Positions 1 through 8,981 of a stretch of 51,257 nt of DNA are shown here, in pieces. The DNA lies in assembly GCA_039591655.1 (NCBI GenBank), contig JBDHDE010000023.1, forward strand, positions 1 to 51,257. The letters run 5' to 3'. A program made the position numbers and the translations under genes. Within the stretch, counting starts at the first letter, position 1, and every line of letters starts with the position of its first letter. The notes beneath the pieces are model-generated. The model had not been told where the DNA came from. It saw only the letters and a list, made by a program, of their open reading frames with translations, and did not search any database. Origin of the DNA: Gemmatimonadota bacterium (GTDB lineage: Bacteria > Gemmatimonadota > Gemmatimonadetes > Gemmatimonadales > GWC2-71-9).

Positions 1-999
1 CGGCTGCCGGAGGCGCGCGTTCCCGAGAGTCCGTGGGAGCCCGACGTAGCCCCGCGTGAGTCCTCGGATGCCGGATATGTAGAGCGGGTGCCGATGCAGT
101 TGGACGACGGCTGGCCGACGGCGACCCCCTCGTCCGAGGGACTGGAGGTTGACCTCATTCGGGACCTGGTCGAGGCGATCACCGACCAGGAGCTGACGCT
201 CACCCACAGCGTCGTGGTGGCCCGCCGCGGCAAGTTGGTGGTCGAGCAGTACTTCTACGGTTTCGACTGGACCACGTGGCACGATATGCGGTCCGCCTCG
301 AAGACGGTCACCTCGGCACTGGTCGGGTTGGCCATCGACCGGGGGGAGATCCCGAGCGTCCACGCGACCGTCCTCTCGTTCTTCCCGACGTACCGGCAGT
401 ACGCGAACTGGGACGACCGCAAGGCGCAGATCACCGTGCACGATCTGTTGACCATGAGTTCGGGATTGGATGCGAACGACTCGGATCCCGGGTCGGTCGC
501 TGCCGAGGGCAACTACCAGTCCGAGACCGCGCAGCCGGATTGGACGAGGTTCGCCCTGGATGCGCCGATGATAGCCGATCCCGGCTCACGGCTGCTCTAC
601 GGGAGTGCGAACCCGCTCATCCTCGGCGGCATCCTGCGGGAGGTTCTGGAGGAACCGGTGGAATGGTTCGCCCATCGCACCCTGTTCGGACCCCTGGGGG
701 TCGAGGAGTACAGGTTCTTCCACGATCCTGCCGGGGTCGTCTACATGGGTGGCGGGATGTACATGCGTGCCAACCGATGGGACAACGAGTACGGCTACCT
801 GTGGTGGCACAGCACTTTCCGGATCGGTGACCGGGTGGTCGCGTCGGTCGAGGCTCGGGGCGCCGGCGGCCAGTACATCTTCGTGGTGCCCTCACTCGAG
901 CTCGTGGCGGTCATCACCTCCGGCAACTACAGGAACGGCCGGTATCGCCAGCCCGAGGAGATCATGGAGCGGTTCATCCTGCCGGCGGCGCTGCCGTAG
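1..999 (+). CDS. Serine hydrolase (beta-lactamase/AmpC-like family), 5'-partial, with apparent internal in-frame deletion
   Basis: Frame is open from base 1. SxxK (SASK), LLTMSSG, YGSAN, YGYLWW and ARGAGGQ motifs are present. The helix normally following GGMYMR is missing. Confidence 0.85.
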   Translation, partial: RLPEARVPESPWEPDVAPRESSDAGYVERVPMQLDDGWPTATPSSEGLEVDLIRDLVEAITDQELTLTHSVVVARRGKLVVEQYFYGFDWTTWHDMRSASKTVTSALVGLAIDRGEIPSVHATVLSFFPTYRQYANWDDRKAQITVHDLLTMSSGLDANDSDPGSVAAEGNYQSETAQPDWTRFALDAPMIADPGSRLLYGSANPLILGGILREVLEEPVEWFAHRTLFGPLGVEEYRFFHDPAGVVYMGGGMYMRANRWDNEYGYLWWHSTFRIGDRVVASVEARGAGGQYIFVVPSLELVAVITSGNYRNGRYRQPEEIMERFILPAALP

Positions 1000-1234
1000 C
1001 TCGCGGTGAGGCTCCCGGGAAGGAGCCTCTGGCAGAGATCTCCCACAAGTCCTATCGTAATACCTGCCTTTCCCGGGCGAGGTTCGCGTCCTGTCCCAAG
1101 CCTCTGACCGTCTCAAGCCCGTGCCGGAGATCGAGCATTGCTGGCTTTTGACTCCCGAAGGCATCGAGATCGTGTACGCAACAGATCGTGGAGGTTGATT
1201 GCCAGTGTCACATGCTGATGGATCGGCGATCGTG

Positions 1235-2785
1235 ATGGCGACAGGCCACCGTGGTAACGCCGTCGACCGCTTCGTGCGGTTCACAGTAGGCCTGTTGGCT
1301 ACCTCGGTCCTCGGTGCGGTCGGTTGCACCCCTTCCGCGGAGGTACCATCGGTCGCAAGCCGTGAGATCGCGGAATACGCCGACTCGGCCTATTTCGAGG
1401 CGACGCTGGCCGCGCTCGCCGACCTGATTGCGTTCCGGACGGTGCACCTGGATGGCGTCGAGAACGCGAGCAACCCGGAGTTCCGCGCCCAGACTGCCTA
1501 TCTGGAGGGAAAGGCAGCGGAGCTCGGTCTCGATCTAGCGGACTATGGCGAGGTAGTGGTCATCGGGTTGGGCCAATCAGGGAGGCGGTTGGGTCTCGTG
1601 ACGCATGGTGACGTACAGCCGGCCGACCCCACGAAGTGGGTCCAGGACCCCTTCACGCTGGACACCTCGAGTGAGCCTGGCAGGCTCGTGGGGCGGGGAA
1701 GCGAAGACGACAAAGGACCGATCGCCACGGCCCTCTATGCCATGGCGGCGGTGCAGGACCGCGGCATCCCACTGCGCCGGCGTATCGAGCTCATAATCTC
1801 GTACACCGAAGAGTCGAACTGGCAGCCCTTCTTCGCCTTCCTGCAGCAAAACCCGCCGCCCGACCTCAACGTGGCGCTGGATTCAGAGTACCCGGTGGTA
1901 GTGGCAGAGAAGGGGTGGAACTCGATTCATCTCTCCATCCCGCCGGTTCCCGGCGAACCGGCCGGAACGAACCGCCTGGTCGCCTTCGGCGGTGGGGCGT
2001 TCCTGTCCCAGATCCCCGAGGACGCCGAGGCGGTGATCGCCGATCCCACGGCGGAGGTGGAGGCACTGCTTCGCGAGGCAGGAGCCCGCGACTCCGCCGT
2101 CAGCCACAGTTTCACGTCTGAAGGCGGCACGCTCACGATCCGGTCCCGGGGTCTCGCAGCTCACTCGTCCAAACCCGAGGATGGGCGCAACGCCATCACG
2201 CACCTCGCGGCACTGCTGGGTGCTCACACCTGGCCCGACGGTCAGGCCGCCCGCATGGTGCGTTTGACCAACGATCTCGTGGGGACCGGCGACTACGCCG
2301 AGCGGTTCGGGGTCGTGGCCTTCAGCGATCCGTTCATGGGGCCGCTCACGCTGTCGCTCACCACGCTCGGAGTGGTCGATGGTGGCTTGGTGGCTGGGAT
2401 CAACATCCGCAGCCCGGTGGGCCGGAGCCAAGAGGAGCTCGAGCAATCCATGCGAGATGCCGTGGCGCAGTGGCAGGCACGCTCGGGGGTCGCCGACGTG
2501 GAGATCCGCGTCTTCACCTCCCAACCCTACCATCTCCGGCGGGCTCCGCACATTCCTGTACTGCTCGACATCTTCGAGCACTTCACCGGCCAGCCTGATC
2601 CCCAGCCGATCTCGATCGGCGGTGGCACCCACGCGCGGGTTATGCCGAACGGTCTCAACTTCGGGCCGACCATGCCGGGCGACGAGTACACTGGGCACAC
2701 GGAGCACGAGTTCATCAGCCGTGAGCAGATGCGGTTGAATCTCAAGATGTACACAGCGATGCTGGTGGAGCTCGCAGGGGAATAG
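1235..2785 (+). CDS. M20 family metallo-dipeptidase (PepV/Sapep-like), probable lipoprotein
   Basis: HGDVQP, GRGSEDDKGP, TEES, AHSS, GGGTHAR and GHTEHE motifs; hydrophobic leader ending LGAVGC. Start uncertain. Confidence 0.85.
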   Translation: MATGHRGNAVDRFVRFTVGLLATSVLGAVGCTPSAEVPSVASREIAEYADSAYFEATLAALADLIAFRTVHLDGVENASNPEFRAQTAYLEGKAAELGLDLADYGEVVVIGLGQSGRRLGLVTHGDVQPADPTKWVQDPFTLDTSSEPGRLVGRGSEDDKGPIATALYAMAAVQDRGIPLRRRIELIISYTEESNWQPFFAFLQQNPPPDLNVALDSEYPVVVAEKGWNSIHLSIPPVPGEPAGTNRLVAFGGGAFLSQIPEDAEAVIADPTAEVEALLREAGARDSAVSHSFTSEGGTLTIRSRGLAAHSSKPEDGRNAITHLAALLGAHTWPDGQAARMVRLTNDLVGTGDYAERFGVVAFSDPFMGPLTLSLTTLGVVDGGLVAGINIRSPVGRSQEELEQSMRDAVAQWQARSGVADVEIRVFTSQPYHLRRAPHIPVLLDIFEHFTGQPDPQPISIGGGTHARVMPNGLNFGPTMPGDEYTGHTEHEFISREQMRLNLKMYTAMLVELAGE

Positions 2786-2827
2786 GGCGGGCTGGAACGC
2801 ACATGTCTGTCGCAAGGTCAACGGTGA

Positions 2828-4465
2828 ATGGCCGCACCTTCTACAAGTGACGACGCCAACGTCCAGGACATGTCGGCAACCCGGTTCGAGCGCCCTTCGG
2901 CACCGGAGCGACGTGGCGCCGGGGCGCCGGAACTGCCCGAGGACTTGTTGCGAGCTGCAGCCAAGCGGCTGCGCTTGGTCGCGCTCATATACGCCGGCGG
3001 CTTCCTGCTGGTGGAGTCGTCGGTGGCTCTACTCGATCCGGTTCAGCGGCAGGACTACACGCACTTCTATGGCTGGGCCCCCGGCGCGGTCTCGATAGTC
3101 CTTGCGCTGGTCGTGGCCGCCCTCGCTGGCGGTTCGCGGCTCTCTCTCCAGTCGATCATGAATGTGGGTGTGGCGTTCGAGGTCGTTGCTGCCTACGCCA
3201 TCGCCGCGGCCACGTACTGGGGCGTGTATCGCGGACTCGAGTACGAGCCACGACATCTGGCGATCTTTGGGCTGTCGTTCGTCGCTCCGTGGATCATGTT
3301 CTACACGATCGTCATACCCAACCCGCCACGGAAGGCGCTGTGGGCTGCGACGCTCGCCGCGACCGCGGTGCCGGTGGCCCTGTTGCTCACCATGCGATAT
3401 GGGGGGACCTCGATCACCCTGACGGTAGGGACCTTCGTCAGCACGGTGATAGTCCCGTATGGGATCATCGTCGTGACCGCGTATATCGGTGCTCAGGTGG
3501 TCTACAGGCTCGGAAGAGCGGTGCAGCAAGCTCGTGAGATGGGTAGCTACCGGCTCATCGAGCGGCTGAGCTCGGGTGGCATGGGCGAAGTGTGGCGCGC
3601 GGATCATCGAATGCTAGCGCGGCCGGCGGCGGTCAAGTTCGTGAGGCAGGACGTGCTCGGCGGCATCGGTGCCGAGAAGCGGCAGCGGACCCTGGGACGC
3701 TTCAAGCGCGAGGCGCGGGCCACCGCGCTCATGCGATCCCCGCACACCATCGAGTTGTACGATTTCGGTGTCACGGATGACGGGACCTTCTACTACGTGA
3801 TGGAGCTGTTGGACGGGTTCGACCTCGAGACGCTGGTGCAGCGTTTCGGGCCCCTGCCGGCGGAGCGAGCGATCCACCTGCTCCGGCAGGCGTGTGATTC
3901 GCTGGCGGAAGCACATGCGAGCGCCCTGATTCACCGTGACATCAAGCCCGCTAACATCTACGTGTGCCGCTTCGGTGGAACAGTGGATTTCGTCAAGGTC
4001 CTCGACTTCGGCCTCGTCAAGGGGCGGCAGGCCGACGCGCTGTTTGATGCGGACGTCACTGGGGAGCACATGGCCGGGGGCACGCCGCCGTACATGGCGC
4101 CGGAGCAGGCCGGCGGCGCCGAGGACATTGACGCGCGGGCCGATATCTACGCCGTTGGCTGTGTGGCTTACTGGCTCCTGACGGGCAAGCTGGTGTTCGA
4201 GGGCCGGACGGCGGTGGAGCTCATGGCGCACCACATCCAGACGGCACCGGTGGCTCCCTCCGAGCGCACAGAGAGTGAGATTCCCACGGCCCTCGATGAG
4301 GTGATCCTGGCGTGTCTCGAGAAGGACCCTGACCGCCGCCCGCAGAGCGCACGCGACCTCTCCCAACTGCTGGCCGCATGCGACACGGCGGCGCCATGGA
4401 CGGAGCAGCGGGCCCAGGAATGGTGGCAGCAGCACCGGCCGTTCGTTCCAGCATCGATGACATAG
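2828..4465 (+). CDS. Hanks-type Ser/Thr protein kinase with N-terminal multi-pass membrane domain (paralog 1)
   Basis: GGMGEV, AAVK, HRDIKPANI, DFG, YMAPE and DIYAVG motifs; about 6 hydrophobic segments in the first ~230 aa. Confidence 0.95.
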   Translation: MAAPSTSDDANVQDMSATRFERPSAPERRGAGAPELPEDLLRAAAKRLRLVALIYAGGFLLVESSVALLDPVQRQDYTHFYGWAPGAVSIVLALVVAALAGGSRLSLQSIMNVGVAFEVVAAYAIAAATYWGVYRGLEYEPRHLAIFGLSFVAPWIMFYTIVIPNPPRKALWAATLAATAVPVALLLTMRYGGTSITLTVGTFVSTVIVPYGIIVVTAYIGAQVVYRLGRAVQQAREMGSYRLIERLSSGGMGEVWRADHRMLARPAAVKFVRQDVLGGIGAEKRQRTLGRFKREARATALMRSPHTIELYDFGVTDDGTFYYVMELLDGFDLETLVQRFGPLPAERAIHLLRQACDSLAEAHASALIHRDIKPANIYVCRFGGTVDFVKVLDFGLVKGRQADALFDADVTGEHMAGGTPPYMAPEQAGGAEDIDARADIYAVGCVAYWLLTGKLVFEGRTAVELMAHHIQTAPVAPSERTESEIPTALDEVILACLEKDPDRRPQSARDLSQLLAACDTAAPWTEQRAQEWWQQHRPFVPASMT

Positions 4466-4500
4466 AAGGGGTCGCAAGAGATCCCGTCGGCACCCCCGCA

Positions 4501-5511
4501 TCAGGCTAGGCTCTTGAGCGCGCTCCAGATCGCCTCGACCCGACCGTCCCACATGTGAGACAGCTCGACGACCGCAACGTCACGGCAGCGGTTGCAGCCC
4601 TCCGCGCGCCCCAGAAACTCGCCGAACTCCGGACTCCGCAGCAGCGTCTTCAGTGAGGTCTGCCGCACATTGGCGAGCGGAACCGCCTGCTGCGTGCAGT
4701 CGAGGACGTCCCCGTTCGGCTCGACCCGTAGGCAGACCTTCTTGAAATGGCAGCGATACCGCCCTGCGTCAGGACCGAGTCGTGCCAGGTACGAGTTCGA
4801 GTCGCTCACGGGGAATCCGCGTTGCCGAAGTGCCGCGATCCTGACGGCGATGCTCGCCTCTTCCTCGGCCTCCAACTGGACGCGCTCCAAGTCGATCGTG
4901 CGCTCGGCGTGGCCGTAGTCGGTGACGTCCATGGCCTGGAATGACACCTGATCGCCGAGGCGCTTGCCATATGCCGCGATCGCCTCCAGTTGATCAGAGT
5001 TCAAGCGAGACAACACCACGTTGATGATCACCGCGATGTGCGGATAGGCTCGCCGCACGTGCACCAGACCTTGGTCCAGACGCTCGAACAAACCCGGCAG
5101 CCTCCGGACCTCGTCGTGCCTGGCGCCGATGCCGTCCACCGACACCATGAGGCGGTCCACCCAGGGAAGCACCTCATCGGCTCGTTCCTCGAGCCACCAT
5201 CCGTTCGTTATGAGGGTGGTCATGAGCCCCGCTTCGCGCGCGGCGCGGAGTGCCGCATCGGCGTCCTGCCGAAGGAGAGGCTCGCCACCCCACAGGACGA
5301 GTGCACGAAACCCCGCCGCCGCTGCATCGCGGTACAGTTCGGTGACTTCCTCGATGGAGAGTTCATCGACCTTCGCATTCGCCGGCATCTTCCACAGGCA
5401 GGTCACGCAGTCGGCGTTGCACCTGCCGGTGAAGAGATGTGAGAGTATGAACGGCCGGTGATCCACGAACCGGGTGCGCAGCGCTCTCAGGGCTAGTCGG
5501 GCGGGCAGCAT
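4501..5511 (-). CDS. Radical SAM enzyme with C-terminal SPASM/Twitch domain
   Basis: CNADCVTC (CxxxCxxC), GGEPLL, ITNG, VSVDG; C-terminal YRC...PNGDVLDC...CNRC. Confidence 0.93.
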   Translation of the reverse strand: MLPARLALRALRTRFVDHRPFILSHLFTGRCNADCVTCLWKMPANAKVDELSIEEVTELYRDAAAAGFRALVLWGGEPLLRQDADAALRAAREAGLMTTLITNGWWLEERADEVLPWVDRLMVSVDGIGARHDEVRRLPGLFERLDQGLVHVRRAYPHIAVIINVVLSRLNSDQLEAIAAYGKRLGDQVSFQAMDVTDYGHAERTIDLERVQLEAEEEASIAVRIAALRQRGFPVSDSNSYLARLGPDAGRYRCHFKKVCLRVEPNGDVLDCTQQAVPLANVRQTSLKTLLRSPEFGEFLGRAEGCNRCRDVAVVELSHMWDGRVEAIWSALKSLA

Positions 5512-5543
5512 CGTCGGATCCTCGACAGCCAGTGTGTGGCGCC

Positions 5544-5576
5544 AGTGTAACGCTGCCGAGTCAAGGGAACGTCAAG
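5544..5576 (-). promoter_or_regulatory. Tandem CTTGAC-N5-CTTGAC box with -10-like TACACT upstream of the radical SAM gene
   Basis: GTCAAG at 5560-5565 and 5571-5576 (11-bp period). TACACT on the minus strand at 5549-5544 lies 10 nt after the proximal box. Confidence 0.6.
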
Positions 5577-5591
5577 CGACGGACGACCGGG

Positions 5592-6623
5592 CTATCCCGC
5601 AGGCGTGAGCTGCACGACGGCGCGCCGCCGATCCCTGAACCGTACCTCGGTGTGGCGCCAGCTCGCTCGCCCCGTTGACCATCGTCCGTCCGCCCCAGGC
5701 CCGATCTCGATCTTGAGGACCACCCCGCGCAGGTGGTGCCGCAGCCGGTAGCCGAACGTGCAGTTCCCCAGCGAGTACGCCACGAGCTGGCTGCCCCGGT
5801 CGTTCGCGTATGACGTGACGGGCTGGGGGCAGTGGGAGTGGTGTCCCGCGATCATGTCCCACCGTTGGAGCAGGCGCCGCGCGTTGGCGATCTGGGCGGG
5901 ATGCGGGTAGGCCTGGAGCTCGTAGCCCCAGTGGGGACAGAGAATCCGGTAGGGGACCTCAACGCGAAGCCGGTCGATCTCGTTCTCGGCCACGACATAC
6001 CCACACGGCTGGTTGGACCAGGCGGTGCAGCAGGCAATCAGCACCTCGTCGTTCACCACGACAGCTGGCTGGTCCGTGCGGCCGATGGGCAGGAAGCCCC
6101 GCGACCGCAGCAGCTCGTAGGATTGGCGAAACTGCTCCCACCCGTAGTCTCCTGCGTGGTTGTTGGCGCAGGTGAGTACCGTGCGCTCCGGGGGGAAGAG
6201 GTCCGCGAGAAGGTCGAGCACGGCTGAGGTCTGCCGCTGTCCCATGAAGACGGGCTTGACCGCGCCGCGGGTGACCGTTCCCTCAAAGTTAGCCACCAGC
6301 ACGTCGGCGTCCTGGAGGAACCGCCTCAGGCTCGCTCCGAACTCGAGCCGCGTGCCGTGCAGGGGGAGCACATCCCCCACGAAGGCGATCGTGAGACGGG
6401 GTTCGATCGGATTGAGCATCGCGTCAGGTGGCAACGATGCAGTGAGCTCGCGATGCCTCTGCGACGGTCCCAGGAGGTTGTGCTTCACCCACGCCAGCGC
6501 CTCGGGCAACGAGTACGGCTGCGCGAAGTAGCGCCGCGGCCGCTCCTCGTCCCAGCCCTGCCGTGCGGAGGCCGCCTGCACGGCCCGCAGCGTCACGGAT
6601 AGTCTCGTATCACGATGCGGCAT
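5592..6623 (-). CDS. CapA/PgsA-family calcineurin-like metallophosphatase
   Basis: AFVGD, VANFEG, CANNHAGDYG, PHWGYE, GHHSH and YSLGN motifs. ATG at 6623 overlaps the end of the MMPL gene. Confidence 0.88.
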   Translation of the reverse strand: MPHRDTRLSVTLRAVQAASARQGWDEERPRRYFAQPYSLPEALAWVKHNLLGPSQRHRELTASLPPDAMLNPIEPRLTIAFVGDVLPLHGTRLEFGASLRRFLQDADVLVANFEGTVTRGAVKPVFMGQRQTSAVLDLLADLFPPERTVLTCANNHAGDYGWEQFRQSYELLRSRGFLPIGRTDQPAVVVNDEVLIACCTAWSNQPCGYVVAENEIDRLRVEVPYRILCPHWGYELQAYPHPAQIANARRLLQRWDMIAGHHSHCPQPVTSYANDRGSQLVAYSLGNCTFGYRLRHHLRGVVLKIEIGPGADGRWSTGRASWRHTEVRFRDRRRAVVQLTPAG

Positions 6624-8874
6624 CCGGGATGGTCTCCGTAGGGGGGCGGGGCAGGGGTGCCGGGGTGCGAACGAGCTCACCGGGCCACCAGTTCCACTTG
6701 CCCGCGATCGCGAGCAGCGCAGGGCCCAGGGCGATGCGCACCACGGTGGCGTCGAGCAGGACGGCTACCGCCAGCGCAAACCCGAGCATCTTCATCACGA
6801 GGAAATCACCGAGCGTGAACGCGCCGAACACCACCACCATGATGGCGGCGGCGCTGGTGATGACAGGGGCGGTGCAGGCCAGACCCTCGGTGAGCGCTTC
6901 GGTCTCGCCACGTCCTTGACGCCGCGCCTCTGCGACGCGGGCGACGAGGAACACCTCGTAATCCATGGAGAGCCCGAACACGGTGCAGAAGACGAGCGTG
7001 GGAACGACGGCGAACACGACCTGGGTAGGGCCGCCGAGTCCGAGCAGCGTGGCGCCATGGCCGTCCTGGAACACCAGCACCACGGCGCCGAACGAAGCGG
7101 CGACCGAGAGGAGATTGAGGGCCAGGGCCTTGAGCGGCACCAGTATGGAGCGAAAGCCCACCAGCAGGGCGAGGAATGTGCCCGTCACGACCATGGCTAC
7201 CACCGTCCAGAACCGTCCCCCCACCGCGTCCTGGAAGTCGGCGCGCAGGGCGGGAAGCCCGCCGAAGCGCACGCGAACCCCCTCGAGTCCCGTGATCGAG
7301 GGGTAGTCGAGAGCACGCCATTGGTACACAAGCTCTATGACGGTGACGGGATCGAGTCCTTCCCGGGGGATCGCCTCGAGTAGCAGCGTGCCGCGGTCGT
7401 CGGCGAGGTAAGCCTCGCGCAGCTCGCGCGCCGTTGCCAGAAGAGTGAGACGCGATGGTGGACGAGCCCGCTCGAAGTTCGTGAACGAGTTGACCGTAGC
7501 GGTATGTTCGCTGGCAAAGAGGTGTTGCCGCAGCCGCCGAGCCGCTGTCCAGCCGATCCGATCGAGGACCGTAGTCCCCTCCGGCAACTCCACCAGGATT
7601 CGGACAGTCTGCAGTACGCCGGTGCGCCCCATCGCCTCGAGCTCGTGGAGTGCCTGGATGGATTCCTCCTCCTTCGGCAGCCAGTCCGCGTCGGGCTGAC
7701 CGGTGGTCATACGGGGTGCTTGCGATGCGAGGGCTAGCAGTGGGAGTCCGGCGACGGCCAGCACGGCCAGGGGATGGCGGGCCACGAGCCGCCCCCAGCG
7801 GTGCCAGCGCGCGGAGGATCTCGGTGCTCGAGGCGCTGGGCGGAGCCGGCCCCAGTCGATGGCGCCCCTTAGAATTGCGAGCAGCGCGGGTAGGAGCGTA
7901 GATGATGCCAGCACCGCGAATCCTGCGGCGAGGATCCCACCCACGGCCACCGAGCGCAGTTCGTTCAGCGGAATGGTGAGCAGGGCCACGAATCCGATGG
8001 CGACCGCAGCGCCTGAGAGTGCAACGGTCCGGCCAGCGTACCGTCCGGCGTCGCGCGCCGCTTCATGTGGCGCTCGCCCTGCCGCGCGGGACTCGCGGAA
8101 GCGGCTCACCGTGAGGAGCGCGTAGTCGATCCCCAGGCCGAGGCCGATCATCGACACGAAGCTCTGGAGCATGATTGACAGTGGCCACGCGGCGCTGATT
8201 GCGGCGGCCGTGCCCAGGGCGAAGGCGATGACCAGGATTCCTGAGATCACCGGGATGGCAGCGGCGACGAGCGTCCCGAAGGCCGCGAGCAGCAGGAGTA
8301 GGGTCAGCGGGAGAGCGCGCTGCTCGGCGTCCCGTGCGTCGGCGGCGCTGGCGCGTCGGAGGTCGGCGTTGAGGGCCGCCTGCCCGGTCCAGCGGAGCCC
8401 GACCGCCGGGTAGCGCCCTGAGAGGCCCTCCGCGAGCCCCCTGGTCGCAGCGCGGAGGCGCTCGACGACGACGTCGGGCGCGCTTCCATTGGCGTCGATC
8501 CCCGCCAGCACGAACGTCGCCGCGTGACCCGCAGCGACGAACAGGGTATCGCGCGCGTCCTCGTACGACCGCACCCGGGTCAGGCCGGGCACGCGGCGAA
8601 CCGCCGCCGCCACCGAGTCCAGCACCATGCGCCCTGCGACCTCCGTCGGTGATGGCGTGCCGGAGACCACGAGCACGGCATAGTGAGCGTACGGCTGCAC
8701 GAAGCGCAGCGCAACGAGCGAGTCCACGGCGGCCGACTCGCTGCCTCGCACTCGGGCGGCCACATCGAGCGAGCGTTCCACGCCGCGCGCCGCCGGCAGC
8801 ATCAGGACTGCGGTGGCAGCCCAGCAGGCGAGGACCCACCAGCGCCGGCGCACGATGAGGTCGGAGAGTCTCAT
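6610..8874 (-). CDS. MMPL family (RND superfamily) transporter
   Basis: Two repeats with GLGIDYALL and FGLSMDYEVFL; ITSAAAIM; multi-TM architecture with two large loops. Confidence 0.95.
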   Translation of the reverse strand: MRLSDLIVRRRWWVLACWAATAVLMLPAARGVERSLDVAARVRGSESAAVDSLVALRFVQPYAHYAVLVVSGTPSPTEVAGRMVLDSVAAAVRRVPGLTRVRSYEDARDTLFVAAGHAATFVLAGIDANGSAPDVVVERLRAATRGLAEGLSGRYPAVGLRWTGQAALNADLRRASAADARDAEQRALPLTLLLLLAAFGTLVAAAIPVISGILVIAFALGTAAAISAAWPLSIMLQSFVSMIGLGLGIDYALLTVSRFRESRAAGRAPHEAARDAGRYAGRTVALSGAAVAIGFVALLTIPLNELRSVAVGGILAAGFAVLASSTLLPALLAILRGAIDWGRLRPAPRAPRSSARWHRWGRLVARHPLAVLAVAGLPLLALASQAPRMTTGQPDADWLPKEEESIQALHELEAMGRTGVLQTVRILVELPEGTTVLDRIGWTAARRLRQHLFASEHTATVNSFTNFERARPPSRLTLLATARELREAYLADDRGTLLLEAIPREGLDPVTVIELVYQWRALDYPSITGLEGVRVRFGGLPALRADFQDAVGGRFWTVVAMVVTGTFLALLVGFRSILVPLKALALNLLSVAASFGAVVLVFQDGHGATLLGLGGPTQVVFAVVPTLVFCTVFGLSMDYEVFLVARVAEARRQGRGETEALTEGLACTAPVITSAAAIMVVVFGAFTLGDFLVMKMLGFALAVAVLLDATVVRIALGPALLAIAGKWNWWPGELVRTPAPLPRPPTETIPDAAS

Positions 8875-8896
8875 GGCGCTCAAGTACCACCCCGAC

Positions 8897-8940
8897 CGTC
8901 AAGCGAGGGTCAAGTCGCCGTGCTTGACGAGCGCTTGACG
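8897..8940. promoter_or_regulatory. Divergent promoter region with 44-bp dyad of four GTCAAG/CTTGAC boxes
   Basis: GTCAAG at 8898 and 8909; CTTGAC at 8923 and 8934. Outer arms CGTCAAGCG/CGCTTGACG are a perfect inverted repeat, and both pairs share centre 8918.5. Confidence 0.7.
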
Positions 8941-8981
8941 CTACTGCGGGCAAGTTGTGAGCGACACGAGGGGAGACACCC

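Noticed and set aside
1061..1198. Short open frame ending TPEGIEIVYATDRGG, faintly like a PD40 repeat
   Set aside because: No convincing start or RBS and only one weak motif; it cannot be supported as a gene or remnant.
5528..5548. Direct repeat GCCAGTGT x2 upstream of the radical SAM gene
   Set aside because: One copy overlaps the proposed -10, and it is not seen at the other cluster promoters.
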